In this document: piece by piece, positions 25,248 through 33,892 of the stretch | Numbering within the stretch: the stretch's first letter is position 1 | Layout: each line of letters opens with the position of its first letter | DNA from: a virus | Length of the DNA: 64,000 nt | Direction: 5' to 3' (one strand) | IMG/VR virus record: IMGVR_UViG_3300046093_000295 | The notes under the pieces: model-generated | What the model saw: the letters and a program-made list of their open reading frames with translations, nothing else | The model's database searches: none | What the model was told of the DNA's origin: nothing | Position numbers and translations under genes: made by a program

Positions 25248-25323
25248 GGACCGTTAGCTCAATTGGGAGAGCGGTTGCTTTGCTAAAGCATACAGGTTGC
25301 TGGTTCGATCCCGGCACGGTCCA
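25248..25323 (+). tRNA. tRNA-Ala(TGC)-derived tRNA with expanded anticodon loop (can register as GCT)
   Basis: GGACCGT/ACGGTCC acceptor with A3-U70; loop TTTGCTAAA; short variable loop; no encoded CCA. Confidence 0.65.
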
Positions 25324-25338
25324 CATTATAAGAAAATT

Positions 25339-25632
25339 ATGCAACAAATTCTGTTTATTGGCGGACCAGCAAATGGTAAAACAATATGGGCTGAATTTCA
25401 GTCATCATTTCGCTGGTCCGAGGTTAATCATCAAAAGAACTTGGTAGGACCAGGATCTGCAGGCAATACAGAAGAAATTGTTACGTACGATTACGAAATT
25501 AATAAATTTGTATTTGAAGGACATGTCTATGCAGTAGGTCATTTTATTTCAGAAAAAGCGGACAATTATAGAGTAGGAAACATGATTTTGGACTCAAAAT
25601 TGCAACCAATGTCGTGCGTTGTTTATCATTAA
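25339..25632 (+). CDS. hypothetical protein
   Basis: LFIGGPANG N-terminus; start reassigned downstream of the tRNA. Confidence 0.6.
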   Translation: MQQILFIGGPANGKTIWAEFQSSFRWSEVNHQKNLVGPGSAGNTEEIVTYDYEINKFVFEGHVYAVGHFISEKADNYRVGNMILDSKLQPMSCVVYH

Positions 25633-25649
25633 AATTTTTAAGGAATAAT

Positions 25650-25874
25650 ATGTATTTTGAAATTTCAAAACCCAAAACCGCAAATGAATTTCTAAACCGC
25701 CTCAATGATGGCGAAAAGATTCAAATTCGTATGGCATCTCGAGATCGCCTCGAGCACATGCGTGTTAATGACTTTGCATCTGACGGCCCGATGCCAGAAG
25801 AAGTCTTATATGCTGCGCAGCAGACATTGCTGAACCGGTTTAAAGTTGACTCAGCTCGACCTGGTGGTTTCTGA
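25650..25874 (+). CDS. hypothetical protein
   Basis: ATG with AAGGA RBS. Confidence 0.55.
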   Translation: MYFEISKPKTANEFLNRLNDGEKIQIRMASRDRLEHMRVNDFASDGPMPEEVLYAAQQTLLNRFKVDSARPGGF

Positions 25875-25876
25875 CA

Positions 25877-26500
25877 ATGCTCCTATTTGAGCTGCTTGGA
25901 ATCCAAGAAAGCCCAATGAGGATTCCATCTTTAGTAATCCCCAAATTGGAAAATTACAAAGAAAATAAAAAGCTATTTAAAACCTTAGCACAGAGAACTG
26001 ATAAACAGTTTATTAGCCATTTTAATAACGTAGAGCTTTGGAAGATTTGTAAAGGTAGGGAAACAGAAATTTTTGGCGTAATTCCTAGCGAATCTTATGT
26101 GGGATATTACGTACGGTGGGAATTACAAGAAAGTCATTTTGCTGACACCAATTGGTGTACCCAGGTACTAGTGTGGGCGGGGGTTAGTCCACAAACTAAA
26201 GGGTTGCCAGACAAAATCTTTTTTGAGTACATAATTCCGGAAACTGGAACTGTTGTCTCAGATGGAGAGCAAACTGTAAGAGGTGAACATTTCTGGCAGC
26301 GAATGATTGCTACTGCATTTTCTACTGGCAACTATAAAGTCTATCTAATAGATTTTAACAGGAAGAAGACTAAGAGAATTTCGACTTATGAAGATTATCG
26401 ATTATTATATGAATCAGAACATTCTCCATGGGGAAATAAACGTGGGTTCCATGAGGGGTTACGAATAGCTATTTCAGATTATGACTTTTGCCAAGAATAA
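25877..26500 (+). CDS. divergent GNAT-like paralogue with MLLFELL leader
   Basis: VSDGEQT..GEHFWQRM family motif. Confidence 0.65.
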   Translation: MLLFELLGIQESPMRIPSLVIPKLENYKENKKLFKTLAQRTDKQFISHFNNVELWKICKGRETEIFGVIPSESYVGYYVRWELQESHFADTNWCTQVLVWAGVSPQTKGLPDKIFFEYIIPETGTVVSDGEQTVRGEHFWQRMIATAFSTGNYKVYLIDFNRKKTKRISTYEDYRLLYESEHSPWGNKRGFHEGLRIAISDYDFCQE

Positions 26501-26698
26501 ATTGATGCTAGTTACGCGTTAAATGCTTTTGTTGCCAGCTCTGAACATCTGCTAAAGGGGTCTCATTTGAGACCCTTTTTATTTGCGCCCCCAAAATTGT
26601 AAACGTGTTCTCAATGCTTAAAGAACAACTTTCGTTTAAGCTATCATTGTCGTTTGTCTCAAACATTATAAATAACCTTTTTAGCCATAAGGATCCCA

Positions 26699-27228
26699 AT
26701 GAAACTTCTTAAGACACTTCACGAAATTGTAATCCATGCCAAATTCGGTAAGGATAGAGAAAAGACAAATTTGACAAACAACTTGCCGACAAAATTGCGG
26801 ATAACTCAGGAGCAACTCTAGTAAAACCTGATGATGAACGGCTTAAGAACGCTCAAAAGATTACCATGATGCAAGCTTTTGGTTCAAAAGAAATGAACAT
26901 TTTAAATGATGCAGGAATTAAGCTTTCTGAAAAGCCGTATTGGGAAGATTTTGAAGAAGGCGGGCACTATGAAGACCGTAACATCCATGACATTAAACTA
27001 AAGAAAATTGAAAGAGAGCTTGGTTACAAATTGCCGGTATTAACGGGCAAAGAGGTTTTTGGAGTTGATCAAAAACCAAAAGGCGCTTTAGCTTCTGTTA
27101 AGGGCGGGGATACTTCAAAATTCCCAAACATGTTCATTATCGAGTTTGACGACGGAACACGTTATCTAGTTGACAGCACCCAAGCGAACACATATATTCG
27201 GATGTGGCAGAAAATTGTGACTGCTTAA
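26699..27228 (+). pseudogene. frameshifted gene with MKLLKTLHE leader
   Basis: TATAAATA and AAGGA RBS precede ATG 26699; a -1 shift near 26760 joins it to the 26866-27228 frame. Confidence 0.55.
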
Positions 27229-27282
27229 AGCTTTCTGCTCCAATTGTGTTATAATGAATTTTATTTCACATTTGGAGATTTT

Positions 27283-27690
27283 ATGACTCTTATTCAGAAA
27301 GTTCGAGAACAACAAGTTGCTGCCCGTGTTGCCCGTATTCAGAGTGCTTCAGTACTTACTACCCTACTGGGTGAAGCACAGATGGTTGGCAAGAATAACG
27401 GCAACCGCGAACCAACCGACGAAGAAGTCGTTGCCGTTGTTCAGAAGTTTCTAAAAAACATTGACGAAACTCTTCGCGTTGCATCTGATATTCAAGTTCG
27501 AGAAACGCTTCAGCGGGAAGCAGCGGTACTAAAAGCATTCTTGCCACGCCAAATGGACAAGAATGAATTGACAGAACTTGCAAAAACATGTGCCACAATG
27601 CCAGCGTTTATGCAGTTGTTGAAGAAAGAGCATGCTGGCCAATATGATGGCAAAACTGCATCCGAAATCGCACGAAGCATTTTCAAATGA
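27283..27690 (+). CDS. GatB/YqeY domain protein
   Basis: TTLLGEA..VGK...TDEEV..V..K..K..E...E..VL..FLP.Q. Confidence 0.85.
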   Translation: MTLIQKVREQQVAARVARIQSASVLTTLLGEAQMVGKNNGNREPTDEEVVAVVQKFLKNIDETLRVASDIQVRETLQREAAVLKAFLPRQMDKNELTELAKTCATMPAFMQLLKKEHAGQYDGKTASEIARSIFK

Positions 27691-27731
27691 TTAAGAAGGC
27701 TGTAAAAGACTTTACAGCCCTCACCGCATAA

Positions 27732-28370
27732 ATGGAATTAAGCCAAATAAAAAAGATTTTATCCGAAATGCCGTTCCAACATCATGGTACTATGAAAAGG
27801 GAGTTTGTTGGAAGTTTTATCTCAACAAACTCCCTATCTCGCAATTACATTCCTTTGGGAATAATCGAAGCAGATGATAAGTCTGTGGAGCTGCATTTGC
27901 TCAATGATGATCGAGCCCATGTCATTGGAACAGTTCCAGTAGTAAAACCTGATGGTGAGGAATCAAACAGTAATATTTTCACGCTTAATTTTAAAGACGA
28001 ATTAACTATTAGTAAAATACCAATAGGCTTAGACGCTTCCAAAATTATTCAAGTGAATAGTGTTTCTGTGCGCCCCAGATATGAAGGTTATGGCATTGCG
28101 TCATTTGCTTATTCTCGATTGGCTGAAATGGGGTTCATAATTCTTTCAGATTGCAGTCAATTTACAGATGGCCGAAAATTGTGGGAAAAGATGGCGAAAA
28201 AGGCGCATTTAAATTCTTACAAAATCTTTGTACTTGATGATGAATTTGGTCTTGTAGAAAAAGATGGAGAGCCCGTTTCGTATGACGGCACAAACATTAA
28301 TGCCGATGCAATTTGGTCAAGTGATGAAAATTATTCAAAATACCATACCTTATTAGTCATGAAAACATGA
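27732..28370 (+). CDS. GNAT-like paralogue
   Basis: PRYEGYGIAS motif A; LSDCSQF.DGRKLWEKM. Confidence 0.7.
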   Translation: MELSQIKKILSEMPFQHHGTMKREFVGSFISTNSLSRNYIPLGIIEADDKSVELHLLNDDRAHVIGTVPVVKPDGEESNSNIFTLNFKDELTISKIPIGLDASKIIQVNSVSVRPRYEGYGIASFAYSRLAEMGFIILSDCSQFTDGRKLWEKMAKKAHLNSYKIFVLDDEFGLVEKDGEPVSYDGTNINADAIWSSDENYSKYHTLLVMKT

Positions 28371-28572
28371 AAATGCCATAAAAGATTTTTGTCCATATGG
28401 ATTTCTCCCCAATTTTTATCCTGTTGCAGTTCAAATAAATGGGCTGCTATTATTCGTAGGAACTAAATAATTTAGTGGACCGAAGAATTAAAAAGATGTT
28501 TTGCCTCCATCGGCCCATAAATACCCTTAAACATTACTCCTATTTTATAGGATTATCAACTTAGGGGAATTT

Positions 28573-29691
28573 ATGGGCCGTTTTATTGACTTCTTGAAAG
28601 AGTCTGCAATTAAAGATCGAATGAATGATGCGAATAAAATTCGTGATCCTATTGAACGAGCCATTGCAAAATACGTGTTAGATCCCTTTCATGCGCATGA
28701 AGTTGCCGAAGTTATTCATGATGCTATAGAACGATATGGTAATGATGAACCAATGACAATCTATAGAGGCTTGAATTTTTCAAGTAAAGAAGAATATGAT
28801 TCCTTTATGCGACAAGTTGACAGCGGAAAAATAAAATTCGAATCAATTTCATCTTGGTCGCCATCAAGAAAGCAAGCTTTGGTCTTCGCAAAAACTAAAC
28901 CGTCTTATATGGAATTCATGTCTGCTAGCATGTGGTCGAACATCTCTAATCAGTCGAAAGCAAAAGAACGAATTACAGGCTACCGTGGGGTTGTGCTCAA
29001 AACGGAAATTCCAGCGGGCAAAGGGCTTGATATTCGAAAGACGGGGTTCGGCGTAGAATCTGAAGTTATTCTCCCTGCTGGGGCTTATAATGTTGAAATT
29101 GAAGAGTTAAAAACATTTAAAGATACTATCGCAGACGATGACGTTAATTCTATAGTGTCGAGAATGCAAAAGAAAGACTACGATAGCGATACTGACATGC
29201 AAAAGATGTTAGAATACATCATGCATCACCATCCGGAAGAATTCAATGACGAATCAAAAGGCAAAATTTTTAAACTGCTTGCTATAGGAACGTTTAAGTA
29301 TGAAGTTAGAAGTTACGGACAAGACGATTGGTTTAGAAAGTTTCCGACCATTGATATTTACATGTCAAAATTCGATGCGCTGCAGAATTTATCCAAGTTC
29401 TTTTTGAAAACAGATTATGAAACCGTGCTTCGAAAAAGCAAACCTGTGTTCTTACAGATGCTTAAAGACATTGAAGCAGCTTGGAAGCCCGGAACAGTAT
29501 TTGAATGGAATCACGGGGAACCCGGAACCATTGCTGAAATGCTTGGCTGTCGTCCGCAGTACATCTCAATGTTGCAGCGAACTGTCGGGGCAGATTATAA
29601 AAACACTACTACACGAGAACACAATCGTAAAGTTACTGACCTAGATGCTGAGGCAAAAAGGGTTGTTGCTTTGCTTAAATCGATGAAATAA
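28573..29691 (+). CDS. ADP-ribosyltransferase-like protein (Alt/VIP2-like motifs)
   Basis: TIYRG, ISSWS, ESEVILP; late-promoter motif at 28516. Confidence 0.7.
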   Translation: MGRFIDFLKESAIKDRMNDANKIRDPIERAIAKYVLDPFHAHEVAEVIHDAIERYGNDEPMTIYRGLNFSSKEEYDSFMRQVDSGKIKFESISSWSPSRKQALVFAKTKPSYMEFMSASMWSNISNQSKAKERITGYRGVVLKTEIPAGKGLDIRKTGFGVESEVILPAGAYNVEIEELKTFKDTIADDDVNSIVSRMQKKDYDSDTDMQKMLEYIMHHHPEEFNDESKGKIFKLLAIGTFKYEVRSYGQDDWFRKFPTIDIYMSKFDALQNLSKFFLKTDYETVLRKSKPVFLQMLKDIEAAWKPGTVFEWNHGEPGTIAEMLGCRPQYISMLQRTVGADYKNTTTREHNRKVTDLDAEAKRVVALLKSMK

Positions 29692-29697
29692 ATCAAA

Positions 29698-30576
29698 ATG
29701 CGCAAAATTAAAAATCTTCCTGCAAACGTGCAGGGTAGAGACTTCGTCTGCGGTGATATCCATGGTTCTTATAGCTGTGTAAACGCATTTATGAATGGCG
29801 TTAATTTTGACAAAGCGGTTGATCGGCTAATCTCAGTTGGCGACTTGATAGACCGTGGACCAGAAAATGAAAAGTGTTTATCCCTTCTAAATGAGCCTTG
29901 GTTCCATAGTGTCAAAGGTAACCATGAAGAACTAATGGAAGGCTATTTCTCTAATGAAATACCGGGAATATTTTTCTGGCAGAGGAACGGCGGGTCATGG
30001 GGAGTTGAATATAAGGGCGGCATAGACGAAGTTTCCGATTCAATTGGGCGCATTGTCTATGAAAAAATCATGAACCTTCCGAATATTATTACCGTCGAAC
30101 TACCAAATGGTGGACGTTATCATGTGATCCATGCAGAGTTATATAGCAGTGAAAAAATAACTGACGCAGATTTAAGTGACCCAGAAATATTCAAAGCTGT
30201 TTCTGAATATGAAACAGATGATGGCCGCTGCATTTCTTGGGGCAGATTCATGTTTCAACGCATGTATAAGAAGACACTAGATGATGCCGAAATTAAAAAA
30301 ATCCGACAATGGTCTGAACTAGAGAGGCCACATAAACATTTTGGTCAAGAACTAAGCATGATTTATTCAGGACACACGATAATTAAACGCCCAATACAGT
30401 TTTATTGTCAAACAAATCTTGATACAATGGCATACGGCAGCTATGATATGGATGCCGAAGGTTGGGAAGGACTAACCGTTGCTGAACCAATATCAAACCG
30501 TTTTTGGTTCGCAAATGATAAAGTTTTTAAAGAAACAACTCCAGTAATTTTTAAGAAGGAAGAAAATGTCACGTAA
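29698..30576 (+). CDS. Ser/Thr protein phosphatase-family metallophosphoesterase
   Basis: GDIHG, GDLIDRG, GNHE, HAE, GHT. Confidence 0.9.
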   Translation: MRKIKNLPANVQGRDFVCGDIHGSYSCVNAFMNGVNFDKAVDRLISVGDLIDRGPENEKCLSLLNEPWFHSVKGNHEELMEGYFSNEIPGIFFWQRNGGSWGVEYKGGIDEVSDSIGRIVYEKIMNLPNIITVELPNGGRYHVIHAELYSSEKITDADLSDPEIFKAVSEYETDDGRCISWGRFMFQRMYKKTLDDAEIKKIRQWSELERPHKHFGQELSMIYSGHTIIKRPIQFYCQTNLDTMAYGSYDMDAEGWEGLTVAEPISNRFWFANDKVFKETTPVIFKKEENVT

Positions 30577-30754
30577 TAACAAAAACGCAAAACGTAAAGC
30601 CCAAGCTAAAGTAATCACTGCCATGCATCAGCGTGGTGAAAAGGGCGCAGCTAAAACTACGCCACTGCACACAAAGGTTAATGCCTGGTGGCAAAAGTTT
30701 CGCACCTACGGCGACTTTGCGAAGGGCTCTAAGGGGTCAAAATCTGATGCTTAA
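30566..30754 (+). CDS. small basic hypothetical protein
   Basis: ORF with AAGGA RBS. Confidence 0.6.
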   Translation: MSRNNKNAKRKAQAKVITAMHQRGEKGAAKTTPLHTKVNAWWQKFRTYGDFAKGSKGSKSDA

Positions 30755-30935
30755 CGCAATTGCGCTTGCCGTACTAGGCGGCTTGCTAGTTATTACTGGC
30801 GCTCTTGCAGCGTCAGTTGGCGTTGCAACCATTGTATTTTTACTATGCACTATTTTGGCTTCTATAGTAGTGATTTCTTTGGCATCTGTAATCCCTGCAG
30901 CTTTGTTGCTAACATTTTTTCGATTGCTTGAGTAA
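30747..30935 (+). CDS. small membrane protein
   Basis: Entirely hydrophobic; start reassigned. Confidence 0.6.
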   Translation: MLNAIALAVLGGLLVITGALAASVGVATIVFLLCTILASIVVISLASVIPAALLLTFFRLLE

Positions 30936-30937
30936 TC

Positions 30938-31183
30938 ATGTCAAAAATTGTTAGAGTCGGAGATACAGATTCTGCTAATCAGGTTGCAGTAACTGGTTCT
31001 CCAAATGTTTTTGCAAATGGAAAACCTATTGTGCGAGTCGGTGATAAAGATAACAAGAATCATTCGAAGGTTGCTGGTTCACCAAATGTTTTTGCAAATG
31101 GGAAGCCTGTTGTACGTGTCGGTGATAAAGATAGTAAGAATCATTCTGCTGCAACAGGTTCACCAAATGTGTCCGTTAATTAA
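30938..31183 (+). CDS. PAAR-repeat protein (gp5.4-like spike tip)
   Basis: Three IVRVGD repeats with GSPNVFANG. Confidence 0.85.
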   Translation: MSKIVRVGDTDSANQVAVTGSPNVFANGKPIVRVGDKDNKNHSKVAGSPNVFANGKPVVRVGDKDSKNHSAATGSPNVSVN

Positions 31184-31185
31184 AA

Positions 31186-31794
31186 ATGAAAATCAATAAT
31201 CACTTGCGGTTGCTAGTTACCGAATTAGACAACAATGATAAGCCAGAAATCTTAGCTCATTTGCTTCGCCTGTCACCAAATGATAGGTACCTCAGGTTTT
31301 TTGCCGCACTTGGTGATTTCGCCCTGAATAAGTATGTAAATGAAACGGTTGATCTTGATGCATCTAAAGCATATGGTATTTTTGATGAAGATCGAAAAAC
31401 TTTAATAGCCTTTGCTCATGTTGCTGGTATAGAGCAAGGTGGTTCTGGGCTAAGTGCGGAACTAGGTATTTCAGTAGACTCATCATTTAGGGGTTTCGGT
31501 CTGGCACGTAGGCTCATGGACAGAACTTTAGTCTTTTGCAAGTCGCATGATATAGGGATGCTTTATATGTCATGCTTGCGGGAAAATAAAGCAATGCAAC
31601 ATCTTGCAAAAACGAGTGGGTTGCAGGTGATTATTGATCATGGCGATGCAATTGCAAAATTGCAGCTTGCAGAATGGCCGCTTGATAAAGCCGCATGTAT
31701 TTCCCATGATTTAGCATATCAACAAATCGCGATTGTGGATAAATGTTATCGCAGAAATACGGAATTAGTAAACGCCCTTTTAAAAGGATTGTAA
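31186..31794 (+). CDS. GNAT family acetyltransferase
   Basis: AELGISV...FRGFGLARRLM...N.AM..LA. Confidence 0.88.
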   Translation: MKINNHLRLLVTELDNNDKPEILAHLLRLSPNDRYLRFFAALGDFALNKYVNETVDLDASKAYGIFDEDRKTLIAFAHVAGIEQGGSGLSAELGISVDSSFRGFGLARRLMDRTLVFCKSHDIGMLYMSCLRENKAMQHLAKTSGLQVIIDHGDAIAKLQLAEWPLDKAACISHDLAYQQIAIVDKCYRRNTELVNALLKGL

Positions 31795-31800
31795 TAAAAA

Positions 31801-32124
31801 GTGATAAATTTAAGCGAAACTCCTGAGGAGATTAATACTTTAGCATTCGGCCAGTCGGCACTTGTCAATGGAATTGAGATGATTTTGGTTGGAGCGGAAA
31901 ATGGGTTAACTTCGCTGATCACGAAGGATTCTAGGCATCAGCTATTTTCTCAACTTGTTCAAGGGCATATTGTCGTAAATGATGGGGAATTAGTAATCTA
32001 CAAAAACTTTGTAAAGCATTTAAGGTATAATGATGACATGGACGAGCACAGCCCCGGTAGATCGCTAATGACTAGGTCCCAGCTGTGTGAACTTTTGAAA
32101 TCTGCAACTTTTAGAATTGGATAG
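31801..32124 (+). CDS. hypothetical protein
   Basis: ORF. Confidence 0.5.
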   Translation: MINLSETPEEINTLAFGQSALVNGIEMILVGAENGLTSLITKDSRHQLFSQLVQGHIVVNDGELVIYKNFVKHLRYNDDMDEHSPGRSLMTRSQLCELLKSATFRIG

Positions 32125-32242
32125 TAATGTTTGTTCCTTTATTTTATAGTTTATTAATTTTCCTTCGTATTTTACAAATTGAGATTCCAAAGCCTGAATA
32201 AATTTTTGGAATCGGCTAAAGTTTTTAATTTAAGGGTAAAAG

Positions 32243-32527
32243 ATGAAAGTTTTTGAAATTTTGCGACCTGAGATTACCAGCGCCCCGAAGAGCCAAATTG
32301 TAGAGCGAATGAAAGGGTTTAATTGGAAGTTTGAATTCTCTGATGAGGTTTGGAAAATTAAAGAAAATCTTCGAGAAATGGAAGTTATAGAGAATTTAGT
32401 CTATCAGCATTGGAAGAAGAATCCTGATGAGGCTGTTGAAATGTGGTGGGAGTATGGGGAGAAATCTTCATTTGACAAGTCTGTAACCCCTTCCTTTATT
32501 TTCAGGCTAAAGGCACAAGAAGCATAA
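32243..32527 (+). CDS. hypothetical protein with MKVFEIL leader
   Basis: ORF. Confidence 0.6.
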   Translation: MKVFEILRPEITSAPKSQIVERMKGFNWKFEFSDEVWKIKENLREMEVIENLVYQHWKKNPDEAVEMWWEYGEKSSFDKSVTPSFIFRLKAQEA

Positions 32528-32602
32528 ATTCGATTTAGAAATGGAGCCCTGCTAGTTGATGTTACATAAATAAGCGTAACATCAACTAGCAGGGCTTTTT
32601 CT

Positions 32603-33604
32603 ATGGATAAATCACTTTTAACATCTATCAATTATCTATCTGAAGCGGGGGTTATGGATGCCATTAAGCGTGGGTGGAATGCATTTAAAACCGTAAAGCC
32701 TGATGAGCAACCTGAACAAAAACCTGACGAAGAACCAGAGCGAATAAAACCTGAAGATGATGACGATGAAAATGCCCTTGTCACAATTGGTTCAGAGCTC
32801 TTAGGAATTGACAGGAGCGAAGTTCGCGTTGTACTTTACCTAGAGCACTTAGAACTCAAAAATTATTACCTTGTAAAAGGCGGTGGTGGGAAATTAGTTG
32901 ACGCGTTAGATGATGCAGAAGTAGAAGCAATTAAAAAAGGCGGGACTACTAAACTGCTAAAGTTGGCGTTCCTCGGTAATTCTTTCACCTATAGTAAAAT
33001 GATGAACGCTCCTGCAGGAATGGATAGGGCAGTTATTATTAATGCTCCTAAGGCGCTTGTTGATTCCCTCTTTCAAGCTGATACTGAAGCTGCACGCCCG
33101 CTTTTGAAAAAGTTGTTCAGTCATAAACTCTATGTAATGACACTGAATCTTAAAAAAGCAAAACACCCAGAAGTTATTACTGCCATGTCTGCTAAAACTT
33201 CCGCCTCTGAGCGAGCAGAACATTTCAACCCGCACATATTGGAAAACTACCCAAATTACGCACGCTATATGACAGCGATCAGAGAGTATGCGAGGTCGCA
33301 AAAAGCTGCTTCGCCTGAAGCACAGGATGAAGAACGCATTTCTAAATTAGAACGCAAAGCAGATTTAGCAGCTCGAGAAAATTCTGCAAAGGCAACTATG
33401 CAGGGTTCAGTGAATAACACTCAGTATGTCATGGATGTCCTTTTTGGGGCACTAAGTGCTGAGAAGGCAGCAACTTCTCTACTCGGTGCGGTTGCATCTA
33501 AGCGCATGTCAAGAATAGAACTTGAACGAATTTTGCGGGTAATGTCAACAGATTCCCCTTTATTCAAGGCGAAAGAGGTCTTAGACGCAATTCAAAAGAA
33601 TTAA
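32603..33604 (+). CDS. hypothetical protein, putative late/virion protein
   Basis: CATAAATA at 32565; LSE motif near N-terminus. Confidence 0.65.
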   Translation: MDKSLLTSINYLSEAGVMDAIKRGWNAFKTVKPDEQPEQKPDEEPERIKPEDDDDENALVTIGSELLGIDRSEVRVVLYLEHLELKNYYLVKGGGGKLVDALDDAEVEAIKKGGTTKLLKLAFLGNSFTYSKMMNAPAGMDRAVIINAPKALVDSLFQADTEAARPLLKKLFSHKLYVMTLNLKKAKHPEVITAMSAKTSASERAEHFNPHILENYPNYARYMTAIREYARSQKAASPEAQDEERISKLERKADLAARENSAKATMQGSVNNTQYVMDVLFGALSAEKAATSLLGAVASKRMSRIELERILRVMSTDSPLFKAKEVLDAIQKN

Positions 33605-33622
33605 CAAAGCATTGTTCTTATA

Positions 33623-33655
33623 GTCGTGTAAACACGTTTGTTTACACGACTTTTT
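33623..33655 (+). terminator. intrinsic terminator
   Basis: GTCGTGTAAAC...GTTTACACGAC followed by T-run. Confidence 0.7.
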
Positions 33656-33712
33656 CATTTGGCACGCAAAACCATAGTATAATAAACTTCTCAACACTTA
33701 AGGAGCTTTATT

Positions 33713-33883
33713 ATGAACATTCGCAATGAACTCAAGCAAATTCGCAACGAATTTGAATCAATGACGACTGAACAGTTGGCAGGGTGTTATTTTGAAAATC
33801 AACGGTATGATGTTGAGCAGCCTCCTCGTGAAGAAATGATTGATGCGCTGATGGCCATTGAAGAAGCTTGTGCCTTTTCGTAA
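33713..33883 (+). CDS. small hypothetical protein (56 aa, not in ORF track)
   Basis: TATAAT promoter and AAGGAG RBS. Confidence 0.6.
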   Translation: MNIRNELKQIRNEFESMTTEQLAGCYFENQRYDVEQPPREEMIDALMAIEEACAFS

Positions 33884-33892
33884 AGGATAATT

